The position numbers and the translations under genes were made by a program. The notes beneath the pieces are model-generated. The model saw only the letters and a program-made list of their open reading frames with translations, did not search any database and was not told the DNA's origin. This document shows, in pieces, positions 35,244 through 47,174 of a stretch of 64,000 bases of DNA. Location: contig CM119265.1 of the NCBI GenBank assembly GCA_051294375.1, forward strand, positions 778,089 to 842,088, given 5' to 3'. The DNA comes from Paraspadella gotoi. Taxonomy: Eukaryota > Animalia > Chaetognatha. Position 1 is the stretch's first letter; every line of letters starts with the position of its first letter.

Positions 35244-37623
35244 AATAATCTATGATGACTTCATTTTTAAAGGCAAAAATATTTCACCAAGTCACGGCTT
35301 AACATTTTGAAATAAATTAAATACTGCAATAAGCAAATGATAATTTGGATTCGATTTCAAATCTATACTGAACAAACAAGAGACAACGTTTTAATCAAGC
35401 TTTTTTCTTTCTAAGAATAATTCTATATTTTGAAAAAAGAGCTGTATCTAAAAGGTGTGTTTAGCAAAGGTAATAGACAAAATTGTTTTACAAATTTGTT
35501 CAACCATTCATTTCAATCATAAGGTTTTATAAATTAAAATATAATGATGACTATTTGAAATAGAAGATGGAATGGTGATGTTGGCAGATTGAATAATATT
35601 GCTAAAGAGCGTTAGAACAGAGAAAGAATAAGATATAAATTTATATATATATATAAATTTTTCGGACAACTATTTCTACTTAGATTTGCTGTTTCTGTTT
35701 GTACATATTGATTTAGTTTTTGCTTGCCATTAGAAACACAATAAAAAAGCTAAAAAATAATGATTTATTTGAAATTCATCAGCAGTATAAATATATATAA
35801 ATAGAATGGAAAATAAAGCCTTAAAAATATTTTAGGTTTTTTAAATTAAGGTGTTTAAGCTGTTGTTCAGGTATAATAAAGTTAAATCGATTCATTATAT
35901 TTTTTATAATTAAAGTATGTATGTTAAAGATGTTTAAAAGTTTCAAGACAGAAACTTGTAAGTAAAACTATCTTAATTAATGGTCACTGTCATCAAATAG
36001 CATTTCCGTCATATTTTTAAAAAAATCATATTATTTTTTATTTTTATAAATTTTATTATTTCCCAAAAAAATTTTTGGAGCTGGAGTTGGACCTTTTTTT
36101 GCCCGCTCCGACTCCAGCTCCAGCTCCGGCCAAGATAAAATCTCAGCTCCAGCTCCAGCTCCCGCTCCGGTAGGAAAAGAAATTCAGCTCCAGCTCCAGC
36201 TCCGGCCAAATATGCCAGCTCCGGCAGCTCCGACTCCAGCTCCCGCTCCAGCTCCACATCCCTGCTTTCTATGTAACTTGGCTCCCTTTTTTAAAAATCT
36301 TTCCACTATTAAAAAGTCGTGATAAAAATCTTGAAGAACAGGTAAAGAAAATTTATTTAATTTAAAAACGGGAATGTCTTTTGGCTCATTCTACAGGTGC
36401 CGTCTTAAAAAGAGAGAGAAAGAGAGAGGAAGAGAGAGAGAGAGTCAAGATAAAAAAAAGGCTTCTTTTGTGCTTTTATCATCAAGTAGCTTATTTATTA
36501 AATAAATGGATAATTTTATATTGGTTATATCAATTTTATAAAATTTCGCTCCTTGTACTTTGATGCTAGTGCGAAGTACAAAATAGTATTCCCCATTCTA
36601 AATATTATAATATATAATATATATATAATATATATATATAATATATAATATTATATTATATGTTGAAATATTATACCTGGAGAAAGCGATGCCTTTTTAT
36701 TCGCGTATAATTGTTTAGTTTCGTTTAGATCGATAGAATCATTTGTTTCCGTTGAATATCTGAATTTACTCTTCCCCGCGATCAGCTGTTATTAAAGCTA
36801 ACGAACGAGCGTGTTTCAGTTTTATCTTTCACAAGTCTTTTACTCTCAATTCAAACACGTGTGTAAAAATGAAAAGGAAAATACTTTAAATAATGTTTTG
36901 TACTACTTTACTGCCAATGTTTTATTCTCTATTCTGGAACCCAAATTGAAGGTTAGTTTACATTGGATTTATATTGAATTGTACTTAGGTTATATATGTT
37001 ACTTATAAGTTTAAGGTTTAAAGTTTATACTAATTTAGCATTGTCTATTTTTTGTAGTTTTAACACACTTGCCTCTCCTTGAACCCCACTCCTCCTTCTT
37101 GCCTACCTGTCCTTCTACATTGCTCACCATGAATATTTGTACCTGAGATTGGAAATTGTATTATCTCAAAATGTGGTTACTATTTCTGCTTTATTACATG
37201 GTTCTAAGAATATAAGGTTATAGTTAAGGTGTTTTACATGTTAGAACTGTTTGGTTTCCAAAAATACTTATTTGAGAGCAGTTGAACACGGATTTGAATT
37301 CAATAATTAATTAGGGCACAAATTAGGGCACTCTAGAAGAATAGAGATGAAACTTAGATTTGTTTTATTTGCGATAATCTCAGATTATCTAGGTCGCGCG
37401 TTAAGAAGCGCTTCAATACCGCTTCATGGATAGTGAAGCCAGGTACCCTGGGAGTGAATAAACGAGACGGTGAGAGAGTCTTGATTAAAAGATTTAAGGG
37501 ACTTGCTATATCATTATCTTGTAAGTGTGATGGAGGCCTTAAACCACTAAAGCCAGGTGCAAGATAGCTTATTTATTAAATGAATGGATAATTTTTATAT
37601 TGGTTGTTTTAATTTTATATACT

Positions 37624-38146
37624 TGAAGAGACAGTAATAATTGTTATGAGTTAGTGACAGAACCGTTCAATATAAGCAGTCCCTGAGCTTTGGATCAGGC
37701 TGTAACACCGTGCTAAAGGCGGGTTAAGCGCCCCGTCCCTCTTAACTGCTAGGTGACCACCGGGCTAGAACCTCGGACCTTTGGTTCTTTATTGTTTCAT
37801 CCGTGGAGCTAAAAATCTTTTTCAATGTTTGTTTTTAAATAAATAATATCAAAACAATATATTATAACCTACTCAATTTAATGTAAAATTTAATTGCGCC
37901 GCGAGTACTCACGAAGCAACTCTATAAGTCACTGTTTGGTTGGTCTGTCGGTCGGTCTGTGGTTATATCTCGCCTATACTTGCTCATTTGTTAAGACAGA
38001 AAAAACCTCAAATCTAAGGGACTGCTAGCACCGCCTTCAGAAAATCCGAAAACATGGATAAAGAATAAAAGATAGGTTGGGAGGCGAATGACTTGCCCCC
38101 TGCACTAATTTCCGCTGAAGAACGGTTGGTTTATTTTAGTCCACCA
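37624..38146 (-). mobile_element. Family-1 solo LTR split by a ~290-bp insertion (37786-38074)
   Basis: 37624-37785 and 38075-38146 join to give a complete reverse-complement family-1 LTR. Confidence 0.85.
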
Positions 38147-38491
38147 CTGTTTATTATAAAAATTCTTTCATTCTCTCTTTTATCTTTCTTGTCAGACAAG
38201 TTGAGGCCAAAATCTTCTCTCTTCTAAAACTGGAATCACACATCAGAAAAACGTGAAGCAAAGAAAAAAACCTGTTAAGAGTGGCGCGGTTGAAAACTTT
38301 TTATGTGGAGTTGTCCGACGGATTTTAATGAAAAGTAATAAAATGAATACTAAATGTTTGAAAAAAAACTAATAATTGTTAGTAATTAAACATCAAACTT
38401 ATATGATTTCTTTCATTTCTCCCTGTACCGTTCTCTAGAAAAAATAATGAACGACAATAACAACAGTCAAGCAAAGTGATAGATTCAAAAC

Positions 38492-41056
38492 ATGAATATC
38501 CAAGCATTTTCCCTCTGCCTTTGTTGGGCTCTGCTTGCAACGACCTGCTTGGCACGAGACTTCATCCTTTCGAACGGGAGCGCAATCGAATTTGACTGTC
38601 CTCGTCTCCGCAGAATCACAGACAATACGACCGTGTCTCCAGCGAACTACACTGTCTTTCCCACGATCGCTTACAAGACGTTCATCAATGGGTCCATTTA
38701 TGATATTGACGTCTTCTCTGCCAACCCTGATCCCGATTTAGAGAATGAAAAGGTGGACTGTGCCAACATTTCATCCACTCTTGCCGACTTCTGCAACGAC
38801 ATGGCAAAGAAAATCGTCCTTCAAAAATGGAAGACTATCGATGATGTTGAATGGGTTGATCTTCATTTCATTGCCTCCTACAAAGACGGCGGCTCGACCA
38901 TTTACTGCAAGACGCCAGCAGGATTTGCATCACCGCCCAAGGCCGGTGATGAAATTAGAATCACGATTTACGATTCCAATTCGATGGAATTTAATGTGAT
39001 GGACGGAGCTGATAAATTGCCAGGCGTTGATGAAGGACAACTGCTCAATGCCAGTTGTGGATTGAATATCAGCAAAGGAGACGGGAAATTGCCACTGGCC
39101 ATTCAATTCTCCACAACGAAAAGTAGGAAAATGTGTTTAAATGGGAATGTGAATCCGTAGCATTTCATTTTGGAAACAAATTGAGAATTAAAGAATATTT
39201 AAAAGCAAGACAGAAGATAACTATCACTCATGTTTTCTTTTTAAATCTTTTTTTTCCTGGCACAGAACCAAAGGAGTTCTTAGATCTTCCGATCATAAAT
39301 GTTTCACCAAGTGAGGTTCAGCTCAAGGATGTTGTTCTTAATAAAACTTTTTACAAACTCAAGTGCGTCTTTGGCGAAACACAAAGGTAAACTGAGTTTG
39401 ACAGATGGGAAATGTTATGAGGCTACTTTAGCTTTTTAAACGAGTAGATAAATTAATCATTAATTCATTTGTTAGTCAATATCATATAGTCGGACATTGC
39501 TATAAGTTTAGCACGCCTATAAGCATGACTCATTCGGTTGGGATTATTCGGTTGAGTAATGCCATCAGCTCATAGCTATTAAGCATCAGGAAGAGTGAGG
39601 ACGGCCGTAAACGGCCTTGGGGGCGTGGAAAACCCTTGAGCCTGGTTCCAAATCCAGGAACCTGTTCCACGGCTGCGAGCACTCTTCAGCCCAATTATTG
39701 CCTTATCTACAGGATTTTTTAATCAATTTTTAGTTACAATACTTTATTCTCCAAAGTTAGTTAACTTTTACATACTAAATCCAGTTGACAGCTATTTGAT
39801 TCAATGTCACTGATCAATTTCAACAATATAATTTACTTAATCCCCTTTCAGTCCATTGAAAGTCATCGAGAGTAAAAATCTACAAGTCCGGTTCAAACCG
39901 TACAACATGGTCATGCCTCATAGAAACCCAATAAAGCTTTTCTCTGCTGATGGAAATGCAATAAATAAAACTATTTTCTGCGTTACAAATGTGGGAAATC
40001 CAGCTGCATTAAATTGGACTGTGGAGGCAGAAGTTGATGGGAAGCTGAGGCCTGATATCATTCACAACGTGAATCCGAAAATCGTTCAGAGGTCTGGGAG
40101 AAAAATTGCCACCGTGAATTTTGTTGTAACTGTGGATGAAGATACAAAGGTAACATAAAAAAAAATGAGTTGAATTCATTTGGAAAAAAATAATATGATA
40201 ATAATAAAATGATAACAATGAAAACAAAACAAGATTAGATAGCTAATGAAAGGGACATATGCATGAACTTCTTAAAAAACTAGACAGCTGGCCTAATTTT
40301 GCTAGTACTTATAGATAAATTATCAGTATGAATAAATGAAAAAACTTGAGTGAAGTATTTTGGAGATTTCATTAATCTGTCATTAATCTGTCAAAATATT
40401 ATCTAATTTACTTATCGGACATACATGTATTATTCAAGGCATTATAAAAATTACAACTAAAAACAATATTTTGATGCATTTTTTTAGGTACTCTGCTCTG
40501 CTAAAAATGATGTTGGGGCAACAGAACTGGAAATTTCAATTCAAATGACAAAAAAAGTATGTTTGTATGAATCAATTATCCTCTTTTTAGTTGCGCCTCG
40601 GTCTGTCGGTTAAGCGCCCCGTTCCTCTGAACTGCTAGGCGACCACCGAGCTCCAATGCTGGACCTTTGAGTTGGGAGTTGAATGACTTGCCTCCTGCAC
40701 CAATGATGAATGGTTGGTGGATTTTAGTCCACCATAACCGTAACTTTAAAGTTTAAACCAAAATTTTTATTCATTAAAATTTTGCATTTAAACTATTTCG
40801 ACTATGATATAAAAATTGGGCACTATGTCATCTTAAAAGCCATTTTTATGCATTTATAACAATTTTCTTTCTTTACTGAATCTTATCTCAGGAAACCCCG
40901 GTGAACCCAACACCTGATCCATTGAAACCTTGGATTCCAACCATCGTCTCTATAATCGTCGCAGTTCACGTCTTCATCGGTCTTCTTATTCTCTTGGTTC
41001 TGTGTTGTTTCATCCGTGATGCTAAAAATAGAGAGAAGGAATCTTTACTAAAGTGA
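38492..41056 (+). CDS. Ig-superfamily-like type I membrane receptor, paralog C (intact)
   Basis: Exons 38492-39122, 39266-39386, 39852-40149, 40488-40556, 40892-41056, all GT-AG and in phase. Signal peptide, many N-x-S/T sites, IFCVTNVGNP..LNW and VLCSAKNDVG motifs, TM, tail ending REKESLLK. Confidence 0.9.
40608..40736 (-). mobile_element. Family-1 LTR fragment (5' half) in the last intron of paralog C
   Basis: Reverse complement of the LTR 5' half; confirms the TATGG 5' terminus. Confidence 0.8.
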
Positions 41057-41213
41057 TTCAGGAATTTTATGAGAGATTTGGTGAAAGTACTTTACGTAAT
41101 GAAAATATTATGATAAATTGTAAACTATTGTGCTTCTTTTCTTTTTGGATGTTTGTTTTGAAATAAATAATATCAGAACAGTATATTATAACCTATGCAA
41201 TTTAATGTAATTT

Positions 41214-41330
41214 TTAGTTGCGCCACGAGTACTCACAAAGCAATTCTATAAGTTCGGTCGGTCTGACGGTCGGTCTGTCGGTCGGTCTGTCTGTCAGTCA
41301 ATCTGTCCCATTTATGTTAAAAATGCTCAT
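41214..41330 (+). mobile_element. Second HINE-like family (also ~37893-37990, partial ~40588 and ~25650)
   Basis: TTTTAGTTGCGCC.CGAGTACTCAC.AAGCAA.TCTATAAG followed by (GGTC/TGTC)n. Confidence 0.55.
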
Positions 41331-42143
41331 AACTTGAAAAAACCTCTAATCTAAGGGACTGCTAACACCGCCTTCAGAAAATCCGAAAACATGGATAAAG
41401 AATAAAAGATGGAATTCCGATGCAGTGCATGTCATAAATACAAATACAATATAAAGACGTTCGTTATGTACATAAATTTCCTAGTCATGAAGTCATGTGA
41501 TCACATTGAAATACATGTGAAAATAAAGTCACTGCGGCGCAACACATTGGATGGACCAATCTTGTTTATTTATTTCTTGGCAAATAGTTGATGAATCAGG
41601 GAACATTAATTATGCATTTATTTCAAGAATATATATATATATATATATCGCCTAAAAATAGAACTGAAAATTTGAAGTCTCACTACATTCTAAAGTTTAT
41701 TTATAAGTCGACGTTTACATTAATTCTTAGAAACTAGATATACTGATCTTCTGAAAGTAATTGTATTGTATTGTATTTATTCAGAAAGCACCATAGTGCA
41801 CCATAGTAATTTACAATGTAATCATATTCTGATGGTTAGTGAGTTTTTATTTAAATACGTATTCTATTTAAGTAACTACCGTCGACGAATTGGTAATCTT
41901 TTGTTTAAATCAAGTTGCCTCCGATTTTTTACTTTTGTCCGCGACGCCTCTATCAGCAAATAGACGAAATATGCAGATCGGCCGCTTTTAACAACAAATG
42001 AACAAGGTTTGAGTTAGATATACAAAAAAAAGCTTTGGGTTAACCTTACTTTATTGGTTTGTTACTTGTGAAAACTCACGAAATATGATGACTGACTAAA
42101 TTGAAAATACAAGAGACAGAGAGATAGAGAGAAACACACAGAT

Positions 42144-42199
<56 letters not shown>

Positions 42200-42276
42200 A
42201 GAGAGAGAGAGAGAAATAGAGCGATTTAAGACAAACCACACCGGTAACCTCGACTGAAATGCCGGGTCAGAGCGAC

Positions 42277-42343
<67 letters not shown>

Positions 42344-42715
42344 GTGAAACGAGTTTCTGCTCAGGACTTCGTTGTCTTCATCATTTTTTCTTCGTCTTCG
42401 TCATTATTTTTTTCGTAAGGATAACTTTTTTCGTATAAGGTAAGATAAAAATGAAAATTAACCATAAAATTTCTTTTTTTTACAACAAAAAAATTACCTT
42501 TTGTCATCAAAAAAGTACATCATTGTCAAACTTAAATTATTGATTCAAATTTCAACTAGTTTTTTACATATTTAGCAACTACTACAATGCTGCAATTAAA
42601 GGAAGCCGTTAAAACCGACTAATTATGCTAATTATTCAATAACTATCTTTTAAAAAAACAGCTCTTTAAGTTAACTATTATAAGTTCAGGTCTTTGAACT
42701 TCAGGGTTCATCACT

Positions 42716-42773
<58 letters not shown>

Positions 42774-43392
42774 CTCTCTCTCAGTTTCGGCTTTCAGCGA
42801 GGCTCAAAAACCAGTTAGGTAGTGATACTTGCTTTCAGGGTAAGTAAGATGTTTTACTGAAATTGAAAAAGCTTTAAACTCGAAGTTTATCATTGAGTTA
42901 ACTTTTATTAGATTTTTTAATCAAATCATACCTCGGTCATGGGTTGGGCCCAACTTGCCGGCGAAATAAATATATNNNNNNNNNNNNNNNNNNNNNNNNN
43001 CAGCCATGGAACGGGCTGAACCTATGTATTCGCCCGACGACATGCTAAACCAAAATAAATATTTTAGTTATAACCATTTAAAAAATTAATTTAAACTTAA
43101 TGTCGAATGTTTTCAAATTTTATCAATTCTTCATCGTATTTGTTTTAGGGTTTTTTTTTAAATCTTTGCCTTTCAATAGCGATTTAGAGCACATATTTAT
43201 TCACTGAAATTTCCTAAATAAGCCTTGGATTTTTTGCTTTCTTTTTCCATTACTGATATTATTTACTTTTGCCTTACAATGTTAAACAAAATTTTACTAA
43301 ATTTAAATTAAATTAAACTAAACTCACTCGCCAGACAAATGCAGATTTTGATTTACTCAATTCTTTAGTTTCGACGTGGGGAAGACAATTTT

Positions 43393-44620
43393 TTTTTCAG
43401 TCGGATCTGCTATCAGCAGATCCCGACTCTATAACCACTTTTTATAACTCACTTTTTCGGTCCCGTCGGTCCGCCCCCTCAATATTGTCGGGCACACACT
43501 TATATCATGTCAGCAACATCGAATTTTTATGATAAATTATGCAAAAAAAAATGATGTCCGTCCGTCCTCTGTCTGTTTCACGTCCGTCCGTCCGTCCGTC
43601 CGTCCGTCCCACCTTAGCAAAAACACCAATACTCGTGATTGGATGGATGGATTTAAATGTGAAATGTTGTGTGTAGATAGGTAAGTGTGTGATTGAGCGG
43701 AATATTAAAGCTTTCGATGGGGAATCGTCCGGTGGAAATGAGTTTAAATGGAAAAAAACAAAAAAAATATATTTACTATTTGAACACCCAATTGCCTCAT
43801 GAGTGGATGGGCTGATTGACCTGGGAATTTTGTATGTGGCGTAGGAAAGTGTGTTGATTGAAACAGGAAATCAAGTTTCGATGGCGAATAGTTTTGAGTG
43901 GAAATTGAGTTTAAATGGAAAAAAACAAAAAACTTGTTTTACTAATTGATTATGGCTTCTTTTTCCTTTTATTTAAATGTCATCTGCAGGATGTATTAAT
44001 AAATCAAAAATAATTAATCAGTTATTAATCAATGTAGTAAATAAATTAATCAATAATTAATTAATTTAGTCAATCCAATCCGTCCATCCGTCCCATCTTA
44101 GCAATAAAAGCTCCAATAACTCGTGATTGGCTGGTTGGATTGCGAATTTAAATTTTGTGTGTGGGGTTAGGAAGTGTGTTGATAAAAGCTGGATATAAAA
44201 TTTCGATGGAATCTTTGTGATGGAAATTAGTTTAATGGAAAAAAACATAAGTCGAATTTACTTAAATCTTTTTACTTATTTTAACCAATAAATACTCCAA
44301 TTAATCATTAATTGGGATGGATAGAAGTGAGTTTTGAAATTATGTGTGTGGGTAGGAAAAACGTATGACGAAGCTTGATATAAAGTTTCAGTGGAAACGT
44401 TACCAGTGGAAATGAGTTTAAAATGAAAAAAAATATGAGTCACATTTACTTGAATCTTTTTTATTTATTTTAAACCCATGATAAGATTGCAGATGAAATT
44501 TTGTGAGGCCGGTAGCGAAACAGTTGAGTGTAAGAAGCTTGATATAAAAGTTTTGACGGATGCAAGTTGAAAAAATTATTAAAGGTTGAAAAAAAATGAT
44601 GCAAGTTAAAAAAAATCTTA
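43393..44620 (+). mobile_element. HINE/DINE-1-like element with internal tandem core repeats
   Basis: Same 5' hairpin, (GTCC)n and repeated ~180-bp core as the other copies; indel-rich sequence. Confidence 0.7.
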
Positions 44621-45529
44621 AAAAGCATAAGGATCGTCGCTATTGCATAAAAAAGAGAGAGAGAGAAGAGAGCAAAGACAGAGTGAGAGCTAGAGAGAGA
44701 GAGAGTGAGAGAGAAGAGGAGAGAGTGAGAGAGAGAGAGAGAGAAAGGAGACATAAAATAAAAAATCTTAAAAGGACTCAAGATCGAGCCAGAGCCCACT
44801 ATCATAGAAAATAATGAAAAAAAACCGGGAAACAAAAACGAAATGAATCATGCGATAACGAATTGTTGATGTACTAGTTAATGGGATTGACGGTAATACT
44901 AATTTGATGCATTGTAATAGTAATTATTGATGTAATAGGACATGATTATTGGATTCGTATGATAATCAATTATTGATGCGATGATAGTCATTCACTGCCT
45001 GTGATGATAGTCATTCAGTGATTGCGATGATTGTCATTCATTTGATGCGATGGTTGGTCACTTCATTGATTGCGATGATAAGTTCAATAAAACAAACAGA
45101 ATGCGTGTATGAGTGAAAGAGAGAGAGAGAGAGCTGAGAGAGAGAGAGGACAAAGAGAGAGAGAGAAAGAAAGAGGAGAGAGAGAGAGAAAGAGGAGGAG
45201 AGAATAAATGCCACGAAAATCTCGGTGATGAATGATGGGATTTTTGTTATTTGGAAAAAAATGCGCGGAATAAATTGGCAATAATAAAAAGTTTTTAGAA
45301 GGCAAAAAAATAATCAGAATTTTTCAAAAAAACAAACGATCACGCAAAAGATCGGACAGATTAGGGACCAGCGACACACACAGCAAGAGACAGAGAGAAC
45401 AGAGAGGAGAGAGAGAAAAAGGAGAGAGAAGAGAGAGAGAGAGAGAGCAGCCCGCCTGCAGAGAAAAGAGAAAGAGCGATATATAATAATTTAATAAGCT
45501 CTACAGCCCCTTTTACTCGTTTAAAAAGA

Positions 45530-45612
45530 GATCAGCAGTACTTATGGCGCCCGCCACGTTAGCTGAGCTATTCTCTACCCAAAGGACCCGGGTTCGCGCC
45601 CCTGTTCGCGGC
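45530..45612 (+). repeat. Isolated family-2-like tRNA module followed by a T-run
   Basis: ATCAGCAGTACTTATGGCGCC...ACCCAAAGGACCCGGGTTCGCGCC matches the family-2 LTR core; oligo-T at 45617-45626. Confidence 0.6.
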
Positions 45613-45671
45613 ATTCCTTTTTTTTACATTAGTGAACCCACATTATATCTAAAAATTTTTTTTTTTGTAAA

Positions 45672-45716
<45 letters not shown>

Positions 45717-47174
45717 AGGCTGGACAGGACGCTGCAGAGCTGAACTCGTTTTAGAAGAAGCAGTACGGGAGAAAAAGATAGAGAGAGAGAGAGCCCGACA
45801 TATAATTAAACGTTATTTGTTTTGATAAAATTAAAAACATAAAACAAATACCAATATTGATATTGAAACATGAGAATTTTAAAGATCACATTGATGATTT
45901 AGAAGCCAATATATGAAAATTCAAACTCCCTATGGATATCACACTCTTTTCAGAAGCCCATGGATTGCAAAAAAGCTGCGAGACGAAGCTAAACCGAAAA
46001 AAAAATCTAGACCAGGACGGGGCTTTGCCCGCCTGGCTCGATATAGGGATATTTGTTTGTTTTTGCATAAAATGTAAAACAAAACATTTAATAACTGTCC
46101 TGACTCAAATTTTAAGACATCGATGATGAACAATGCTGCAATATAAATTATAATTATTCTTATTAATTAATTAATTTAATTAATCTAATTAATTAATATA
46201 AATAATCTAAATAATTAATTAAATAACAATTATTAATTAATTAATCTTATTAATTAATTAATTAATCTATTAATTAATTTAATTCAGACAATAATTATTA
46301 CCATTAGTTCGTAGCAGTGACGGACATGTTTGTCTAACTTGTTTATTCTTAATTTCGAAAGAGAGATAATTTTATTGGTGATTGGGAAAGACTTCTCTCA
46401 GACACTCTTTGGTCAATCAATTTAATTAAAAATTTAAAAATATTATAGCTCAAAAATTGAAAAAAATAAGTTTATGAGAACATGTAAAAAAGCATAAAAA
46501 TTTTTAGGAATAATTTTGTAGTATTATTTATCAATACTACTTTTGTAAGAATTTTCATTTTATTCAATTCATTTTAATAATACTTACATTTATAAAAAAA
46601 TTACGACCGATACTAACCATCGCTACTTGACCTAATTTATTTAACGATTTACTTAATCTGTTTCACTTATAATTTTCTTATCTCTCCTCCTCTTCCTCCT
46701 CCTCTTCTTCCTCCTCCTCTTCCCTTCCTAACCTCCTCTTTCCCTTCCTCCTTCTCCTACTTCACCTAATCCCCCTCTTCCTCCTCTCCTCCTCCTCCTC
46801 TTCCTTATTCTTTTCCCCCTTTCTTCCTCCCCCTTCCCATCCTCTTCTTCACCCTCCTCCTCTTCCTCCTCCCCTCCTCTTTTCCTCCTCCTCTTCTTCC
46901 TTCCCTTCTCTTTCGCCTGCTCTTCCTCCTCCCCCTCTTCCTCCTCCCCCTCCTCCTTCTCCCCTCTTCCTCCCCTTCCCAGCTTCCTTTTCTTCCTCTT
47001 CCTCCTCCCCTTTTCTTTCCCCTCTTTCTTTCCTTTCCTCCCTCTTTCCCCTCCTTCTCCTCTTCCTCCTTCGCTTCCTCATCTTTCTCTCCTCTTCTTT
47101 CCCCCTCCTCCTCCTCCTCCTCTCTTCACCTCTTACTCTCCCTCCTCCTCCTCCTCCTCCTCCTCCTCTTAGCA

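Larger units (their letters stand above)
32412..36264. mobile_element. Non-autonomous hAT-like DNA transposon (3.85 kb) with nested insertions
   Basis: TIRs CAGGGTTGTGGAGCTGG / CCAGCTCCACATCCCTG. Perfect 8-bp TSD CTTTCTAT (32404-32411, 36265-36272). Subterminal (CTCCAG)n arrays. No transposase ORF. Confidence 0.88.

Noticed and set aside
46680-47170. Low-complexity ORFs here and at other (AG)n, (CTCCAG)n and (TCTTA)n tracts
   Set aside because: Translations of microsatellites or polypyrimidine tracts.
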